This document shows positions 47,223 to 58,192 of a stretch of 64,000 nucleotides of DNA, piece by piece. This DNA comes from Pseudobdellovibrionaceae bacterium (GTDB taxonomy: Bacteria > Pseudomonadota > Alphaproteobacteria > Micavibrionales > Micavibrionaceae): contig JBFWMN010000001.1 of assembly GCA_050251555.1 (NCBI GenBank), positions 26,806 to 90,805 on the forward strand, in the 5' to 3' direction. The notes under the pieces were generated by a model, which saw only the letters and a program-made list of their open reading frames with translations, had not been told where the DNA came from and made no database searches. Every line of letters starts with the position of its first letter. The first letter of the stretch is position 1. Made by a program: the position numbers and the translations under genes.

Positions 47223-48350
47223 ATGAGTGACGCTGCCCTTCCTGACGTAATTACCCTTTCTGTTGAAGCACTGGGAGACGCCTATCCGATTTACATTGGA
47301 TCGGGGCTCTTGCATGGTGCGGATCAGTTGATCCCGCTTGATCTGGCAGGGCGCCAGATTTTCGTGATTGGCGATGCCAATTCCTCGAACCGCTTTATTA
47401 AAGACCTCAAAAAGGCGCTGAAGAGCACGGATGCCAAGTTCCATTCGCTCTCGCTTGCGCCGGGTGAGGCAACAAAATCATTTGAGTCGTATCAAAAAGT
47501 CATCGATTGGATCATGGATTACGCGCCGACACGCGATTCTGTGCTGGTGGCCCTTGGCGGCGGTGTGATCGGTGACCTGACGGGATTTGTCGCGGCGACA
47601 TTGCTGCGCGGCGTACCTTTTATCCAGATACCGACAACGCTTCTGTCGCAAGTCGACAGCTCGGTCGGCGGCAAAACGGCGATTAACGTGCAGGCTGGTA
47701 AAAATCTGGTTGGTTCCTTTTATCAGCCTGTCTCTGTGATTATCGATACCGATACGCTCTCAACCCTTCCGCCCCGCGAATATGCGGCGGGCATGGCGGA
47801 GGTGATCAAATATGCTTTCATTGGGGATGCGAACTTTCTGACATGGCTTGAGGCCAACAAGGTTGCGATTTCCAACAAGGAAGCCGTGCCCGTCAGCCAG
47901 ATGATCGCGCATTGCTGTGCGATGAAATCCAATGTCGTGTCCTATGACGCCAAGGAAACATCGGGCGTGCGCGCACTTCTTAATTTTGGGCATACATTCG
48001 GTCATGCCCTTGAAAAGCTTGCGGGCTATGACGGTACGCTTTTACATGGTGAAGCTGTTGCTTTAGGCATGGTAATGGCAGCACATCTTTCCATCGTACA
48101 TGGTGGCTATAAGCCCGAAGATGTCGCAAGGTTAGAGAATATTCTGCAAAGCTATGATTTGCCGATCCGCCTACGTGACAAAGGCTTGGGCTATACGTCA
48201 GACGCCATTTTGCATGCCATGATCGGTGACAAGAAAGCCGATCGTCATGGTTTGAAATTCATCCTTCTTAAAAATATCGGTGAGGCACAAATCGTGCGCG
48301 ATATTCCGCAAGGGGATGTGAAGGCTGCCATTGAGGCCGTTCTTTCATAA
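47223..48350 (+). CDS. aroB: 3-dehydroquinate synthase
   Basis: Track ORF 47172..48350, with the start moved to MSDAALP (ATG 47223). Motifs GGGVIGDLTGF, DSSVGGKT, NFGHTFGHA and HGEAVA. Confidence 0.92.
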   Translation: MSDAALPDVITLSVEALGDAYPIYIGSGLLHGADQLIPLDLAGRQIFVIGDANSSNRFIKDLKKALKSTDAKFHSLSLAPGEATKSFESYQKVIDWIMDYAPTRDSVLVALGGGVIGDLTGFVAATLLRGVPFIQIPTTLLSQVDSSVGGKTAINVQAGKNLVGSFYQPVSVIIDTDTLSTLPPREYAAGMAEVIKYAFIGDANFLTWLEANKVAISNKEAVPVSQMIAHCCAMKSNVVSYDAKETSGVRALLNFGHTFGHALEKLAGYDGTLLHGEAVALGMVMAAHLSIVHGGYKPEDVARLENILQSYDLPIRLRDKGLGYTSDAILHAMIGDKKADRHGLKFILLKNIGEAQIVRDIPQGDVKAAIEAVLS

Positions 48351-48405
48351 ATGAAAACGACACGCCGTAATGCCCGTTTTATCTTTTTAGGGGATTTATA
48401 AAACC

Positions 48406-49665
48406 ATGTTGCTTGCAACCTCTCTTGCCATTTTTACGCTTCTTTTGCTCTCGGCCTTTTTTTCGGGATCAGAAACGGCCTTTACTGCTGCCTCCAGAGC
48501 GCGTTTGCGCACTTTGGAAAAGGAAGGCAATGCACGCGCCAGCGATGTCTTGCATGTGATTGAAAAGAAAGAGCGCATGATCGGCGCACTTTTGTTAGGG
48601 AACAACCTCGTCAACATTCTGGCCTCGGCCCTTGCCACCAGCCTCTTCATTACCCTCTTTGGCGATAAGGGGGTCTTTTACGCGACCGCCATCATGACGG
48701 TCTTGGTGCTGATTTTCGCCGAAGTGCTGCCCAAAACCTATGCTTTGCATCATGCCAATACTTTGACTCTCTTTTTGGCGCCGTTTATTCGCATTTTGAT
48801 TTTCGTACTTTCACCCATTACCGAACTGATTACGGGGATCGTGCGCGTGACCCTGAAAATCTTCGGAGCGGACATTTCAAAAGTCAAAAGCGGCTCGCAC
48901 GTCGAGTTGTTGCGCGGTGTGATTGAACTGTATGTGGGGGATGCCGAAGAAGTGCAGGCGCAGCGCGCCATGTTGCGCTCCATTCTGGACCTGGCGGATG
49001 TCGAGGTCGAGGAGATCATGACCCACCGCAAGAATGTCACGATGATCGATGCTTCAATGGAGATTGAGCAATTGGTCAACGAGGTCTTGAGCAGCCCTTA
49101 TACGCGTATCCCTGTTTATAGAAATGAGCAGGACAATATTATCGGCGTTCTACATGCCAAACAGCTTTTGCGTGCTCTTCATGAGAATAATAACGACTTT
49201 TCCAAGATTGTTCTGGATGAAGTGATTTCCGCACCGTGGTTTATTCCCGATGTGACGCCACTTTATGACCAGCTTCAGGCCTTTAAGAAGCGTCGTGAGC
49301 ATTTTGCCGTAGTGGTGGATGAATACGGGACATTCTTAGGCGTTGTGACACTTGAAGATATTCTGGAAGAGATTGTCGGTGAGATTGATGATGAACATGA
49401 CATCACTGTGCCCGGTGTCCGTAAGGAAGCCAACGGCTCGGTGCTGGTGCAAGGCTCAGTCACAATCCGCGACCTGAACCGCCAGTTTGAATGGAATTTG
49501 CCTGATGATGAGGATTATTCAACCGTAGCAGGGCTTGTGCTGTATGAATCGCAAATCCTGCCCGAGGCAGGACAAGCGTTCGTCTTTCACGGATTCCGTT
49601 TCCAGATCTTAAAGAAAAGCGGCAATCAGCTCGCGCTGTTACGCATTACACCTCAGGACGATTAA
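48406..49665 (+). CDS. CNNM/HlyC/CorC-family transporter (DUF21, CBS pair, CorC_HlyC domain)
   Basis: 419 aa. FFSGSETAF in the N-terminal TM domain, a tandem CBS pair, and a C-terminal transporter-associated domain. Confidence 0.85.
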   Translation: MLLATSLAIFTLLLLSAFFSGSETAFTAASRARLRTLEKEGNARASDVLHVIEKKERMIGALLLGNNLVNILASALATSLFITLFGDKGVFYATAIMTVLVLIFAEVLPKTYALHHANTLTLFLAPFIRILIFVLSPITELITGIVRVTLKIFGADISKVKSGSHVELLRGVIELYVGDAEEVQAQRAMLRSILDLADVEVEEIMTHRKNVTMIDASMEIEQLVNEVLSSPYTRIPVYRNEQDNIIGVLHAKQLLRALHENNNDFSKIVLDEVISAPWFIPDVTPLYDQLQAFKKRREHFAVVVDEYGTFLGVVTLEDILEEIVGEIDDEHDITVPGVRKEANGSVLVQGSVTIRDLNRQFEWNLPDDEDYSTVAGLVLYESQILPEAGQAFVFHGFRFQILKKSGNQLALLRITPQDD

Positions 49666-49678
49666 GTCTTTAGAGGGC

Positions 49679-52414
49679 TTAGGCCAGTTTCCCGTGGCAC
49701 TGCTTGTATTTCTTGCCTGAACCACAAGGGCAGGGGGAGTTTCTGCCCACAGAGCCTTCCCATGTCGAGGGGTCGCTTTCATCAAAGCTTTTGCGAACCG
49801 TTGTCTGCAATGCGGCTTCACCTGATGGTGCGGCATTTGCATGGCCTTCAAGGGCAGGGTCCATACGCGATGTTTCAGCCTGACGCATCACTTCGGCGGC
49901 CTGAGCCGCGACAATCTGACGCAAGACTTCCTGATCAATGGTGAATTCGACGTGGGAGAGGTCATGCACGATATTCTCTCTTAAGCCGTCCAGCATGCCT
50001 TCGAAAAAGGCGAAGGCTTCTGTCTTATATTCATTGAGCGGGTCTTTCTGACCAAAAGCGCGCAAATTGATCCCTTGGCGCAAATGGTCGAGATTGAGCA
50101 AATGCTCTTTCCAAGCGGCATCCAGAGCCTGCAATGTCATGGATTTCTGGATTTGTTTAAAGACGTCGCCGCCTTTGGAGGCTTTAATCTCCATTAATTG
50201 GTCGGACGCAGCGATAATGCGCTCAACAAGCTCGTCTTCAGCAATGCCTTCTTCCTTCGCCCAGTCTTTGACAGGGACCTTGAGGTTGAGGACGCGCTCG
50301 ACTTCGCCTTCCAGCGTATCGGTGTCCCATTCCTCAGGATAGGCTTTGGGAGGAATGCAGTTGGCGACAATCTCTTCAATCGTCTGATGACGCATTTCGG
50401 TCACCAGATCGGAGATATCGGGGGAATCCATAATCTCGCGACGTTGTTCGTATATCACGCGGCGTTGGTCATTCATCACGTTATCGAATTTCAGAAGCGT
50501 TTTACGCACTTCAAAGTTTTGCTGTTCCACGCGGGCTTGTGCGCGTTCCAGCGCTTTGGTCAGCCACGGGTGGGTGAGGGCTTCACCTTCTCTCAAACCG
50601 ATAGAACGGTTGGAAAGCACGGCTTCCAAAGCTTCGGGAGAGAAAATACGCATCAGATCATCCTGTGTGGACAGGAAGAAGATTGAGGCACCGGGGTCAC
50701 CCTGACGGCCTGATCGACCGCGCAACTGGTTGTCAACGCGACGCGATTCATGGCGTTCAGTACCAATCACGAAGAGACCGCCTGCCTCGCGTACAGTGGC
50801 GCGATCCTCCTCAATCTCGGATTTGATCTTGGCGAGAAGCTTTTCGCGCTTTGTCTCATCAACGGTTTCATCAATTTCCTGAGAAATGCGCATCTCCAGA
50901 TTACCGCCAAGCTGGATATCGGTTCCGCGACCTGCCATGTTGGTGGCGATGGTAACAGCACCGGGACGGCCTGCTTGTGCGATAATCTCGGCTTCTTTTT
51001 CGTGGTAGCGTGCATTCAAGACCGCATGCGGAATTTTACGCTTTTTCAATTCGTTGGAAAGAATTTCTGATTTTTCGATTGAAACCGTACCAATCAAAAC
51101 GGGCTGTTTTCTTTCCTGACATTCGCCGACCAGATTGACGATGGCTTCCACTTTTTCCGCAAAGGATTTGTAGATTTGGTCATCGTGATCAAGACGTGCA
51201 ACGGGCACGTTGGTCGGGATATCGATAACGCCGAGCTTATAAATTTCCATGAATTCGGTGGCTTCTGTAACAGCCGTTCCGGTCATGCCCGCCAGTTTCG
51301 GATACATGCGGAAATAGTTCTGGAAGGTGATCGAAGCGAGCGTCTGGTTCTCGTTCTGTATTTCAACGCCTTCTTTGGCCTCCAATGCCTGATGCAGACC
51401 TTCGGAGAAGCGTCGTCCTTCCATCATGCGGCCTGTAAACTCATCGATGATGATGACTTTATTGTCCTTAACGATGTAGTCGGTATCACGTGAAAAGAGC
51501 TTGTGGGCGCGCAAAGCCTGATTGGAGTGGTGAACCAGTGAAATATTGAGGGCATCATACAGATTGCCCTCTGTGAGAATGCCGTGTTCACGCAGCAGAT
51601 TTTCGACATGCTCTGTGCCTTCGTCGGTAAAGGTGACGGTGCGCATTTTCTCATCAACATCATAATCGGCGTCAACAAGGTGAGGGATGACTTTATCCAC
51701 CTTCACATACAGATCAGCGGCACTCTCGGACGGGCCGGAGATAATCAACGGCGTACGGGCTTCATCAATCAGGATCGAGTCAACTTCGTCGACAATCGCA
51801 AAATTGAAGGGGCGTTGTGCCATATCAGCCAGCGCGTATTTCATGTTGTCGCGCAAATAATCAAAGCCGAATTCATTGTTCGTCCCGTAAGTGATATCTG
51901 ACGCGTAGGCTTCTTTACGCAGTGAGTCATCCATATTGGAGGTGATGCACCCGACAGTCAGGCCCAGCCAGTTATAGAGGCGGCCCATCCAGTCCGCATC
52001 ACGCACAGCCAGATAATCATTGACGGTTACGACGTGCACGCCTTTGCCCGACAGAGCATTCAGATAAACGGCGAGAGTTGCCATCAAGGTTTTCCCTTCA
52101 CCCGTGCGCATCTCTGCGATCTTCCCGCGATGGAGGGTAATGCCCCCGATTAACTGGACATCGAAATGGCGCATGCCCATCACGCGTTTTGAGGCTTCGC
52201 GCACAACGGCAAATGCTTCGGGGAGAAGATCATCTTCGGTTTCGCCTTCAGCCAGTCGCAGACGGAAGGCATCCGTTTTGGCTTTCAGCTCGGCATCGGT
52301 AAGTGCTTCTGTTTCCGCTTCCAGTGCGTTGATCTTTTCAACGAGGGGACGCATGCGGCGCAGCTCGCGGTCATTGGTAGAGCCGATAATCTTCGTGGCA
52401 ATCTTTAAAAGCAT
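49679..52414 (-). CDS. secA: Preprotein translocase ATPase SecA
   Basis: 911 aa. Walker [28 protein letters not shown], and the C-terminal zinc motif [14 protein letters not shown]. Confidence 0.97.
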   Translation of the reverse strand: MLLKIATKIIGSTNDRELRRMRPLVEKINALEAETEALTDAELKAKTDAFRLRLAEGETEDDLLPEAFAVVREASKRVMGMRHFDVQLIGGITLHRGKIAEMRTGEGKTLMATLAVYLNALSGKGVHVVTVNDYLAVRDADWMGRLYNWLGLTVGCITSNMDDSLRKEAYASDITYGTNNEFGFDYLRDNMKYALADMAQRPFNFAIVDEVDSILIDEARTPLIISGPSESAADLYVKVDKVIPHLVDADYDVDEKMRTVTFTDEGTEHVENLLREHGILTEGNLYDALNISLVHHSNQALRAHKLFSRDTDYIVKDNKVIIIDEFTGRMMEGRRFSEGLHQALEAKEGVEIQNENQTLASITFQNYFRMYPKLAGMTGTAVTEATEFMEIYKLGVIDIPTNVPVARLDHDDQIYKSFAEKVEAIVNLVGECQERKQPVLIGTVSIEKSEILSNELKKRKIPHAVLNARYHEKEAEIIAQAGRPGAVTIATNMAGRGTDIQLGGNLEMRISQEIDETVDETKREKLLAKIKSEIEEDRATVREAGGLFVIGTERHESRRVDNQLRGRSGRQGDPGASIFFLSTQDDLMRIFSPEALEAVLSNRSIGLREGEALTHPWLTKALERAQARVEQQNFEVRKTLLKFDNVMNDQRRVIYEQRREIMDSPDISDLVTEMRHQTIEEIVANCIPPKAYPEEWDTDTLEGEVERVLNLKVPVKDWAKEEGIAEDELVERIIAASDQLMEIKASKGGDVFKQIQKSMTLQALDAAWKEHLLNLDHLRQGINLRAFGQKDPLNEYKTEAFAFFEGMLDGLRENIVHDLSHVEFTIDQEVLRQIVAAQAAEVMRQAETSRMDPALEGHANAAPSGEAALQTTVRKSFDESDPSTWEGSVGRNSPCPCGSGKKYKQCHGKLA

Positions 52415-52637
52415 TTAAAAACCTTAAGTGGTTTACGGATCGTATGGACCGTTTTCTTGTTTTTACGGGGCGGCCCTTGAAATTCCAAGGTCCGTTTCTC
52501 ATATAAGGGGCTGTACAGTGCACGTCAATCAGGATGCACGAAAAACAGGTTGCTTAAGCGTATGCCCTGTGTATGAATGACGTGGTTATTTTTAAGAAAA
52601 ACAGCTTTTTGGCCTTAAATAAGGGGATAGAAAACCG

Positions 52638-53783
52638 ATGGCACGTAAATCCGAAGATCAAGACGAAAACAAACAAGCCAACAATGCAAAGGTCGGCCTT
52701 GTGGCTGTGATCGCACTGGCGCTGATTCTGGCGGCAGGGGTCGGTATTTTCATGACCAAGCAGGTCGACACCGAAGCAACTGATGAAGCGACTAGCGAAA
52801 TGGCTGCCGCTGACGCATCCAGCGAAGATGCTGCGAAATCCACATCAGGTGAAACTGACGTTGCTGACGAGAGCGGTACGGATGAAACCGGTGAAGTGGT
52901 AATTGCCCGCGTGAATGGCGAGCCGATCACACGTGCCGATGCTGAGGGCTTTATTGCCAACATTCCCCAGTTGCAGGGTGCTCCTTTTGAAGAAGCCATG
53001 CCGATTGCACGTGATGAAATGATCACAGGCACGATTATCGACCAATTGGCGAAAAAATCAGGCACGGCTAATGATCCTGAAGTTGAGAAACGTCTGCAGA
53101 TGGCCCGTGAAGGCATTATCCGCTCCGTTTTCCTTGAGGAGATGGTTAAGAAGGAAATGACCGACGCGAAACTGCAGGAAGCCTATGCTGCCTTTAAGAA
53201 AGAGCAGGAAGCGACGTCCAAAGAACAGGTCAAAGCCAAGCATATTCTGGTAGCTACTGAAGAAGAAGCCATGAGCGCACTCACGCGTTTGAAAGAAGGT
53301 GAGAGCTTTGACGATCTGGCTAAAGAAATCTCTGCTGATAAAGCCTCAGGTGCCAATGGTGGCGAACTGGGCTGGTTCTCTGAGGGCGATATGGTTCCTG
53401 AATTTTCTCAAGCCGCTTTTGCCTTGAATGTTGGTGAAGTGTCCTCCGAACCTGTCAAAAGTCAATTCGGCTACCACATCATCAAGGTCGAAGATAAGCG
53501 TAAAGAACCTGTTCCTTCAATTGAGGAAGTTAAGCCTTATCTTGAAGTGCAACAGCGCCGCGCCATTCTCGAAGGTCACATTGCCGACTGGCGCAACGAG
53601 GCTGATGTGAAGCTTTACAATATGGACGGTTCGGAAGTTGCTCCCGCTACTGGCGAAATGAGTACGCCTGATGCCGCTTCGGAAGTTGAAGCCGCACCTG
53701 CCGAAACTGAAACCGAGAAGATGGTAGATCCTGCTTCCGAAGAAGGTGACGAAGCCCTCGAAAGCGATACACCTAGCGAATAA
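52638..53783 (+). CDS. Membrane-anchored parvulin-type peptidyl-prolyl isomerase (PpiD/SurA-like)
   Basis: 381 aa with an N-terminal TM and acidic Ser/Thr-rich linkers. Parvulin core: KAKHILV, GGELGWFSEGDMVPEF and FGYHIIKVEDKR. Confidence 0.82.
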   Translation: MARKSEDQDENKQANNAKVGLVAVIALALILAAGVGIFMTKQVDTEATDEATSEMAAADASSEDAAKSTSGETDVADESGTDETGEVVIARVNGEPITRADAEGFIANIPQLQGAPFEEAMPIARDEMITGTIIDQLAKKSGTANDPEVEKRLQMAREGIIRSVFLEEMVKKEMTDAKLQEAYAAFKKEQEATSKEQVKAKHILVATEEEAMSALTRLKEGESFDDLAKEISADKASGANGGELGWFSEGDMVPEFSQAAFALNVGEVSSEPVKSQFGYHIIKVEDKRKEPVPSIEEVKPYLEVQQRRAILEGHIADWRNEADVKLYNMDGSEVAPATGEMSTPDAASEVEAAPAETETEKMVDPASEEGDEALESDTPSE

Positions 53784-53784
53784 G

Positions 53785-54243
53785 ATGGAATTGAAAACAT
53801 CTTGTCATGAAGAGTTAGAGAAGCCCTGGCCGGAAAAGCCGGGGCTTCCGCTTTTACTGGTGGCGGCTGCCGCCATTCTTGATGCTGATGGGCGCATTCT
53901 GATTACGCAGCGCCCAGAAGGAAAGTAGCTTGCGGGCCTTTGGGAGTTTCCGGGCGGTAAAGTTGATGAGGGGGAAACCCCTGAATATGCGTTGATGCGC
54001 GAATTGAGGGAGGAGTTGGATATTGAAACACGGCCCTGCTGTTTCTCACCGCTTGCCTTCGCATCCTATACTTATCAGTCATTTCATCTGATGATGCCGC
54101 TTTATGTGATCCGTGTTTGGGCGGGTGAAGCCAAAGGCATGGAAGGGCAGGCCATCAAATGGGTGTATCCGAGAGATTTATACGATTACCCGATGCCACC
54201 AGCCGACCTGCCGCTAATTCCGCAAATTCTCGATAATCTGTGA
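53785..54243 (+). pseudogene. mutT: MutT/Nudix 8-oxo-dGTP diphosphatase interrupted by an in-frame TAG (53926..53928)
   Basis: Track ORFs 53746..53928 and 53992..54243 are in the same frame. The read-through sequence is ...[43 protein letters not shown]. The stop lies just ahead of the complete Nudix box GX5EX7REUXEEXGU. Confidence 0.8.
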
Positions 54244-54259
54244 TAGGCTTTCTGCCAAG

Positions 54260-55033
54260 ATGTATCACAGCGCCGCCGATTTTCAGAAATTTTACCATAC
54301 ACGCGAAGGCTTCGTGATCCGTCGTATGATCCGCTCCCATATCAAAATTCTGGGGGCAGGGGATGCACATGGCGAAGTTGCGGGGCTTGGCTATTCATTG
54401 CCATATTTGGATTTATTTGAAGGGCGGACAGAGCGCACATACGCGCTGATGCCGTCATCCATAGGGGCTGCGTCATGGCCCAAATCGGGACCGAATTTAA
54501 CGGCGCTTGTCCATTCGGCGGAATTGCCGCTGCCCGCCAACAGTCTGGATGTGGCTTTGGGAGTTCATTTTCTTGAGTTTGCCGAATATCCGGAAGCGGT
54601 GTTACAGGAAATTTGGCGCGTGCTTAAGCCCACGGGCAAGCTGATCCTGATTGTGCCGAACCGTACAGGCTTATGGGCGCGATCCGAATGGTCGCCGTTC
54701 GGGCACGGCAAACCGTTTTCGCTTACGCAATTACAAGATGATTTATCCGAGGCGCAGTTTGTGACTGAGACCATACGTCCCGCACTTTTTATGCCGCCTT
54801 TGAAATGGCGTTGGATGCTCAAAGCGGCTTGGAGTTTCGAGCAAGCGGGAAATATCCTGTTTCCGGGGGTCAGTGGCCTGCATTGCGTGACAGCCGTCAA
54901 GCAGCTATATGCGCCTGCCAGCCCGCCGAAAGGGCGAGCCATACGTGTGGCGGGTACGGCTGCTGCGGATTTAAAACCTGCGGCAAGCTCACTCGCCGCG
55001 CCACTCAATCACAGGAAGGTCACCAAGGCGTAA
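54260..55033 (+). CDS. Class I SAM-dependent methyltransferase-like protein
   Basis: 257 aa. LEFAEYPEAVLQEIWRVLKPTGKLILIVPN is a typical post-II/III methyltransferase region. Motif I is not clearly recognisable. Confidence 0.55.
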   Translation: MYHSAADFQKFYHTREGFVIRRMIRSHIKILGAGDAHGEVAGLGYSLPYLDLFEGRTERTYALMPSSIGAASWPKSGPNLTALVHSAELPLPANSLDVALGVHFLEFAEYPEAVLQEIWRVLKPTGKLILIVPNRTGLWARSEWSPFGHGKPFSLTQLQDDLSEAQFVTETIRPALFMPPLKWRWMLKAAWSFEQAGNILFPGVSGLHCVTAVKQLYAPASPPKGRAIRVAGTAAADLKPAASSLAAPLNHRKVTKA

Positions 55034-55756
55034 CGGGCCAAGATAGGCGGCCCCGTTTTGCGTTGCCAGCGGTGCGGTAATCCACGCCCGACCACTGGCA
55101 TCGGTTTTTTCCAAAACCTTCAAAACGGACATGGCCAAGCGGGCTTCATCTTTCTTGATCAGTTTCTCATCCACAAGACGGTCCAGAAGCTCGGCATAAC
55201 CGGAAACCGACATGCTGACATCGGTATAGGGTTGCAGACTTTCATCCAGATGCACTTCTCCGATGGCTTTTAAGAAAATATCGCCGCTTTTGATAAAGAA
55301 GCGCGATATGGTGATTTCTTCGCCATCTTTCTGCCACTCGCGCATACCAGCCTTTGTGAAATTATCGGGGTAATCGGAAAATGTCGCGACAAGATGGGCG
55401 CGGTCTAGCGTAACTGACTTGTCATTATGAGTGCTTATTTTTACGCCGTAAGGCATATCAAGAGCAATCTTGTTGCCTGGTAAAAACCACGATGTCAGAC
55501 GCAGTGAACCTGTCTCGGCTTGCATAAAGGGTGTGATGATCTCGCCGACATAATGGTAACGGAATTGTAAGGGGAAGTGGACAGGACCGCTTAGCGTGCC
55601 ACTGAAAACGATATTGTTGTCAGCGCTTTGTTGCATCGCCTTTTCAATCTGCTTTTTCAGAACAAAGCCGATCCCGTACCACGTTGCCAGATACAAGGTT
55701 GCGCAAAGTGCGATCCCGATAATGAGATTACCTAAACGATCAATTAGACGGCTCAA
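54989..55756 (-). CDS. Membrane-anchored hypothetical protein
   Basis: 255 aa with N-terminal TM LIIGIALCATLYLATWYGIGF. No family securely recognised. Confidence 0.55.
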   Translation of the reverse strand: MSRLIDRLGNLIIGIALCATLYLATWYGIGFVLKKQIEKAMQQSADNNIVFSGTLSGPVHFPLQFRYHYVGEIITPFMQAETGSLRLTSWFLPGNKIALDMPYGVKISTHNDKSVTLDRAHLVATFSDYPDNFTKAGMREWQKDGEEITISRFFIKSGDIFLKAIGEVHLDESLQPYTDVSMSVSGYAELLDRLVDEKLIKKDEARLAMSVLKVLEKTDASGRAWITAPLATQNGAAYLGPLRLGDLPVIEWRGE

Positions 55757-55806
55757 TAAACAACTCCCCCGACACCGATATTTTTTGGTTGTACGACATG
55801 ACTTTC

Positions 55807-56601
55807 TTACGATTCCTTTCGAAGTGCAAGGTCTCTGAGGCGATTACTTTCCTCCTCAATTTGCTTTGTCATCGTTTTCATCAACTCTTCAGTGCTCATT
55901 TGGTGGGAGAGAGGCGGCAGGATTGAGAAAGTGGCAATACCGGGTTTTTTAAAAAAAGCCTTCTTTTCCCAGAACAGTCCCGTATTCATCGCCATCGGCA
56001 CAATGTCCAGATGGGCGGCCTTTGCCATCTTCACAATACCCGGGCGGTAACGATATTGTTCGGGCGAGGAATTAACAGGTACGCGTGTGCCTTGCGGGAA
56101 AATCACAATCGGGCGCCCCGTTTTTTTGATGCGCTTAGCACCTTCTGTGAGTGAGGCAACGGCTATTTCGCGGCTTTTTCTATTAATGGCAATCGCTCCT
56201 GATTTAAGGGCAATCCAGCCCCAAAGCGGAATCCAAGCAAGCTCTCGCTTCAAAATGATCGCAGGATCATTGAATAACAGGTAGAGCTTCATTGTCTCGT
56301 AAGCTGACTGGTGTTTGGCGGCAACCAGAAAGGTTTTTCCATCCTTGGGTAAGTTTTCCGCGCCGATCACAACGTAATCCAGACCCAGAATATATTTTTC
56401 CAGTAAGTGTACGCTTTTGAAATAGGCGGTCACAGCCACAACATAGATTTTGTGGGGCATAATCAGGAAGGGCAGCATCAAAAAGCAGGAAATCGTTGTC
56501 CAGCCGTAAAATGCGATATTGAAGAGAATTTGACGGATGAAAAGCATCTGTTTTTCGATTTTTCTATCTGTTGAATTATTGCCCAAAGGCACGGCGGACA
56601 T
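55807..56601 (-). CDS. plsC: 1-acyl-sn-glycerol-3-phosphate acyltransferase
   Basis: 264 aa. Motifs AAKHQSAYET (HX4D/E block), FPQGTR and IVPMA. The start is uncertain, with alternative MLFIRQ at 56547. Confidence 0.8.
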   Translation of the reverse strand: MSAVPLGNNSTDRKIEKQMLFIRQILFNIAFYGWTTISCFLMLPFLIMPHKIYVVAVTAYFKSVHLLEKYILGLDYVVIGAENLPKDGKTFLVAAKHQSAYETMKLYLLFNDPAIILKRELAWIPLWGWIALKSGAIAINRKSREIAVASLTEGAKRIKKTGRPIVIFPQGTRVPVNSSPEQYRYRPGIVKMAKAAHLDIVPMAMNTGLFWEKKAFFKKPGIATFSILPPLSHQMSTEELMKTMTKQIEEESNRLRDLALRKES

Positions 56602-57184
56602 AGCTTCCGACCGTTTTGGTGTATTCTTTTAAGATGAAAAGAAGCGTGTCTTTCTGGCTCATCTCGTTCGTGTCTAGGGGCAGGGGGTATTCATAGATCA
56701 TGAAGCGGTCGCGCTCTCCCTCATTGAAAGCCGTGTTGCGCAGCGCAATCTCCAGCTCATTACGCGCACGGCGCATATGATAGGCGGATGTGACCAGAAT
56801 GAAGGAATGAATGTCATTGGCACGGATCCATTTTACTGTCCCCGAGGCATTGCCGATCGTGTCCTGAGGTTCGGGGTCGAGATCAATACAGCAACGCCAC
56901 TTCGCATCCATATGTTCAAGCTGTAAAATATCTTCCAGTTTTACGGATTCATGCGTGCCGCTGATCAAAAGCTTTTTGCCTTTGCCGCTGATCAATAACT
57001 CCAAAGCCGTATTGACGCGGTTTTTGCCACCCGTAAGGACAATGACGGCATCGGTTTTCAGATCATCTTCCAGTTGAGGCGCGGCCTGAAACGTATAAAT
57101 GCCATAGGCGGTCAGACCCAGAACCCAAAGGGTGAGCAGAAGGCCGACTGTGGTTATCGTTCCGAAAAGAAATGTTCTGAACAT
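56576..57184 (-). CDS. DUF218 (YdcF/ElyC-like) domain protein
   Basis: 202 aa with an N-terminal TM. Motifs VLTGG, LLISG and LVTSAYHMRRA. Confidence 0.75.
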   Translation of the reverse strand: MFRTFLFGTITTVGLLLTLWVLGLTAYGIYTFQAAPQLEDDLKTDAVIVLTGGKNRVNTALELLISGKGKKLLISGTHESVKLEDILQLEHMDAKWRCCIDLDPEPQDTIGNASGTVKWIRANDIHSFILVTSAYHMRRARNELEIALRNTAFNEGERDRFMIYEYPLPLDTNEMSQKDTLLFILKEYTKTVGSYVRRAFGQ

Positions 57185-57193
57185 GGCTCTAAT

Positions 57194-58192
57194 TTAAGCG
57201 AGCTTGCCTAGGGAGGACAAGACACTTGCGCGTGTTGTCCCGTAAACAAGTGCAAGAATAAGAAGGGGCAGCCCCGCCAGCAGTAAGACAAAGCTTGTGA
57301 CATGCGGTGCACCGTTTAAGGAACTGCTCATCGGGTCAAGGAAGGCCCATGCGCCGCCGATTAATACCAGCGCTCCCACGAGACCAATGAGAACCGCTTG
57401 CCCTGAAAGCTTGAGCATATGGGTGTGAAATTCTTTGAGGATAAAGCCATCTGTCGCCCCCATAATGTGAAGAAGGCTGATGACCTCCATATTCAAAAGG
57501 ATTTTATCTCTAACCAGCATGGAGAGCGTTAAAGCCATCACAAGAAGGAGTGCCACCGCAACAGATGCCGTCAGGAAGCGAATGAGAGAAGCGTTGCTCA
57601 TGGCAGCCGCCAGCCAATTTTCGTGGGCATCAAAGCTGATATCTTTATTTACGGCCTTAATTGTGAAAGCGAGCTTTTCAAGTGCCAGCTTGTCACGTGT
57701 TGCGAGTTTGAGCGTCACAATAGTCGGTAGTGGCACCTCACCCGCATCCAGCCCATCAAGGCTGAGCCATGGGGAGACGCTTTGTAAAAGGTCTTCGCGG
57801 CTGAGGATCGTAAAGCTCTCAATCACATCCTGAGTAGAGAGGGTGGTTTTAAGCCGCTCCATCAATTCGGGTGAGCTGAGACTTCCAGGGATTTCAAGGG
57901 TGGCGACTTCCTTCAGATGAGATTCCCAGCTTCCGGCAAGAGACGCGAAATAGACAGTCGATGCCGTGACCAGCATCACAAGGGCGGTCATCAGGGCCAA
58001 CATCGCAGTAAGGTAACGGTCGGACTGACGGTTTTTAAGCGGTAAAATAGCGCGTGAGGGGCCGCGCTGCGCACGTGGTGACGGCAAGCTTTCGGGCAGA
58101 CGAAATTTCGGCATGCGCTTTTTCTTTTGCGTGCCTTCAGGCGTTTTGGGCTTTTTGGGCGAAGGGGTGGGGATGGACAGATTTAAGCTCAT
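57194..58192 (-). CDS. ftsX: Cell-division ABC transporter permease-like protein FtsX
   Basis: 332 aa with four TM segments, a periplasmic loop after TM1 and a basic N-terminal extension of about 60 aa. It overlaps the ftsE stop by 4 nt. Confidence 0.8.
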   Translation of the reverse strand: MSLNLSIPTPSPKKPKTPEGTQKKKRMPKFRLPESLPSPRAQRGPSRAILPLKNRQSDRYLTAMLALMTALVMLVTASTVYFASLAGSWESHLKEVATLEIPGSLSSPELMERLKTTLSTQDVIESFTILSREDLLQSVSPWLSLDGLDAGEVPLPTIVTLKLATRDKLALEKLAFTIKAVNKDISFDAHENWLAAAMSNASLIRFLTASVAVALLLVMALTLSMLVRDKILLNMEVISLLHIMGATDGFILKEFHTHMLKLSGQAVLIGLVGALVLIGGAWAFLDPMSSSLNGAPHVTSFVLLLAGLPLLILALVYGTTRASVLSSLGKLA

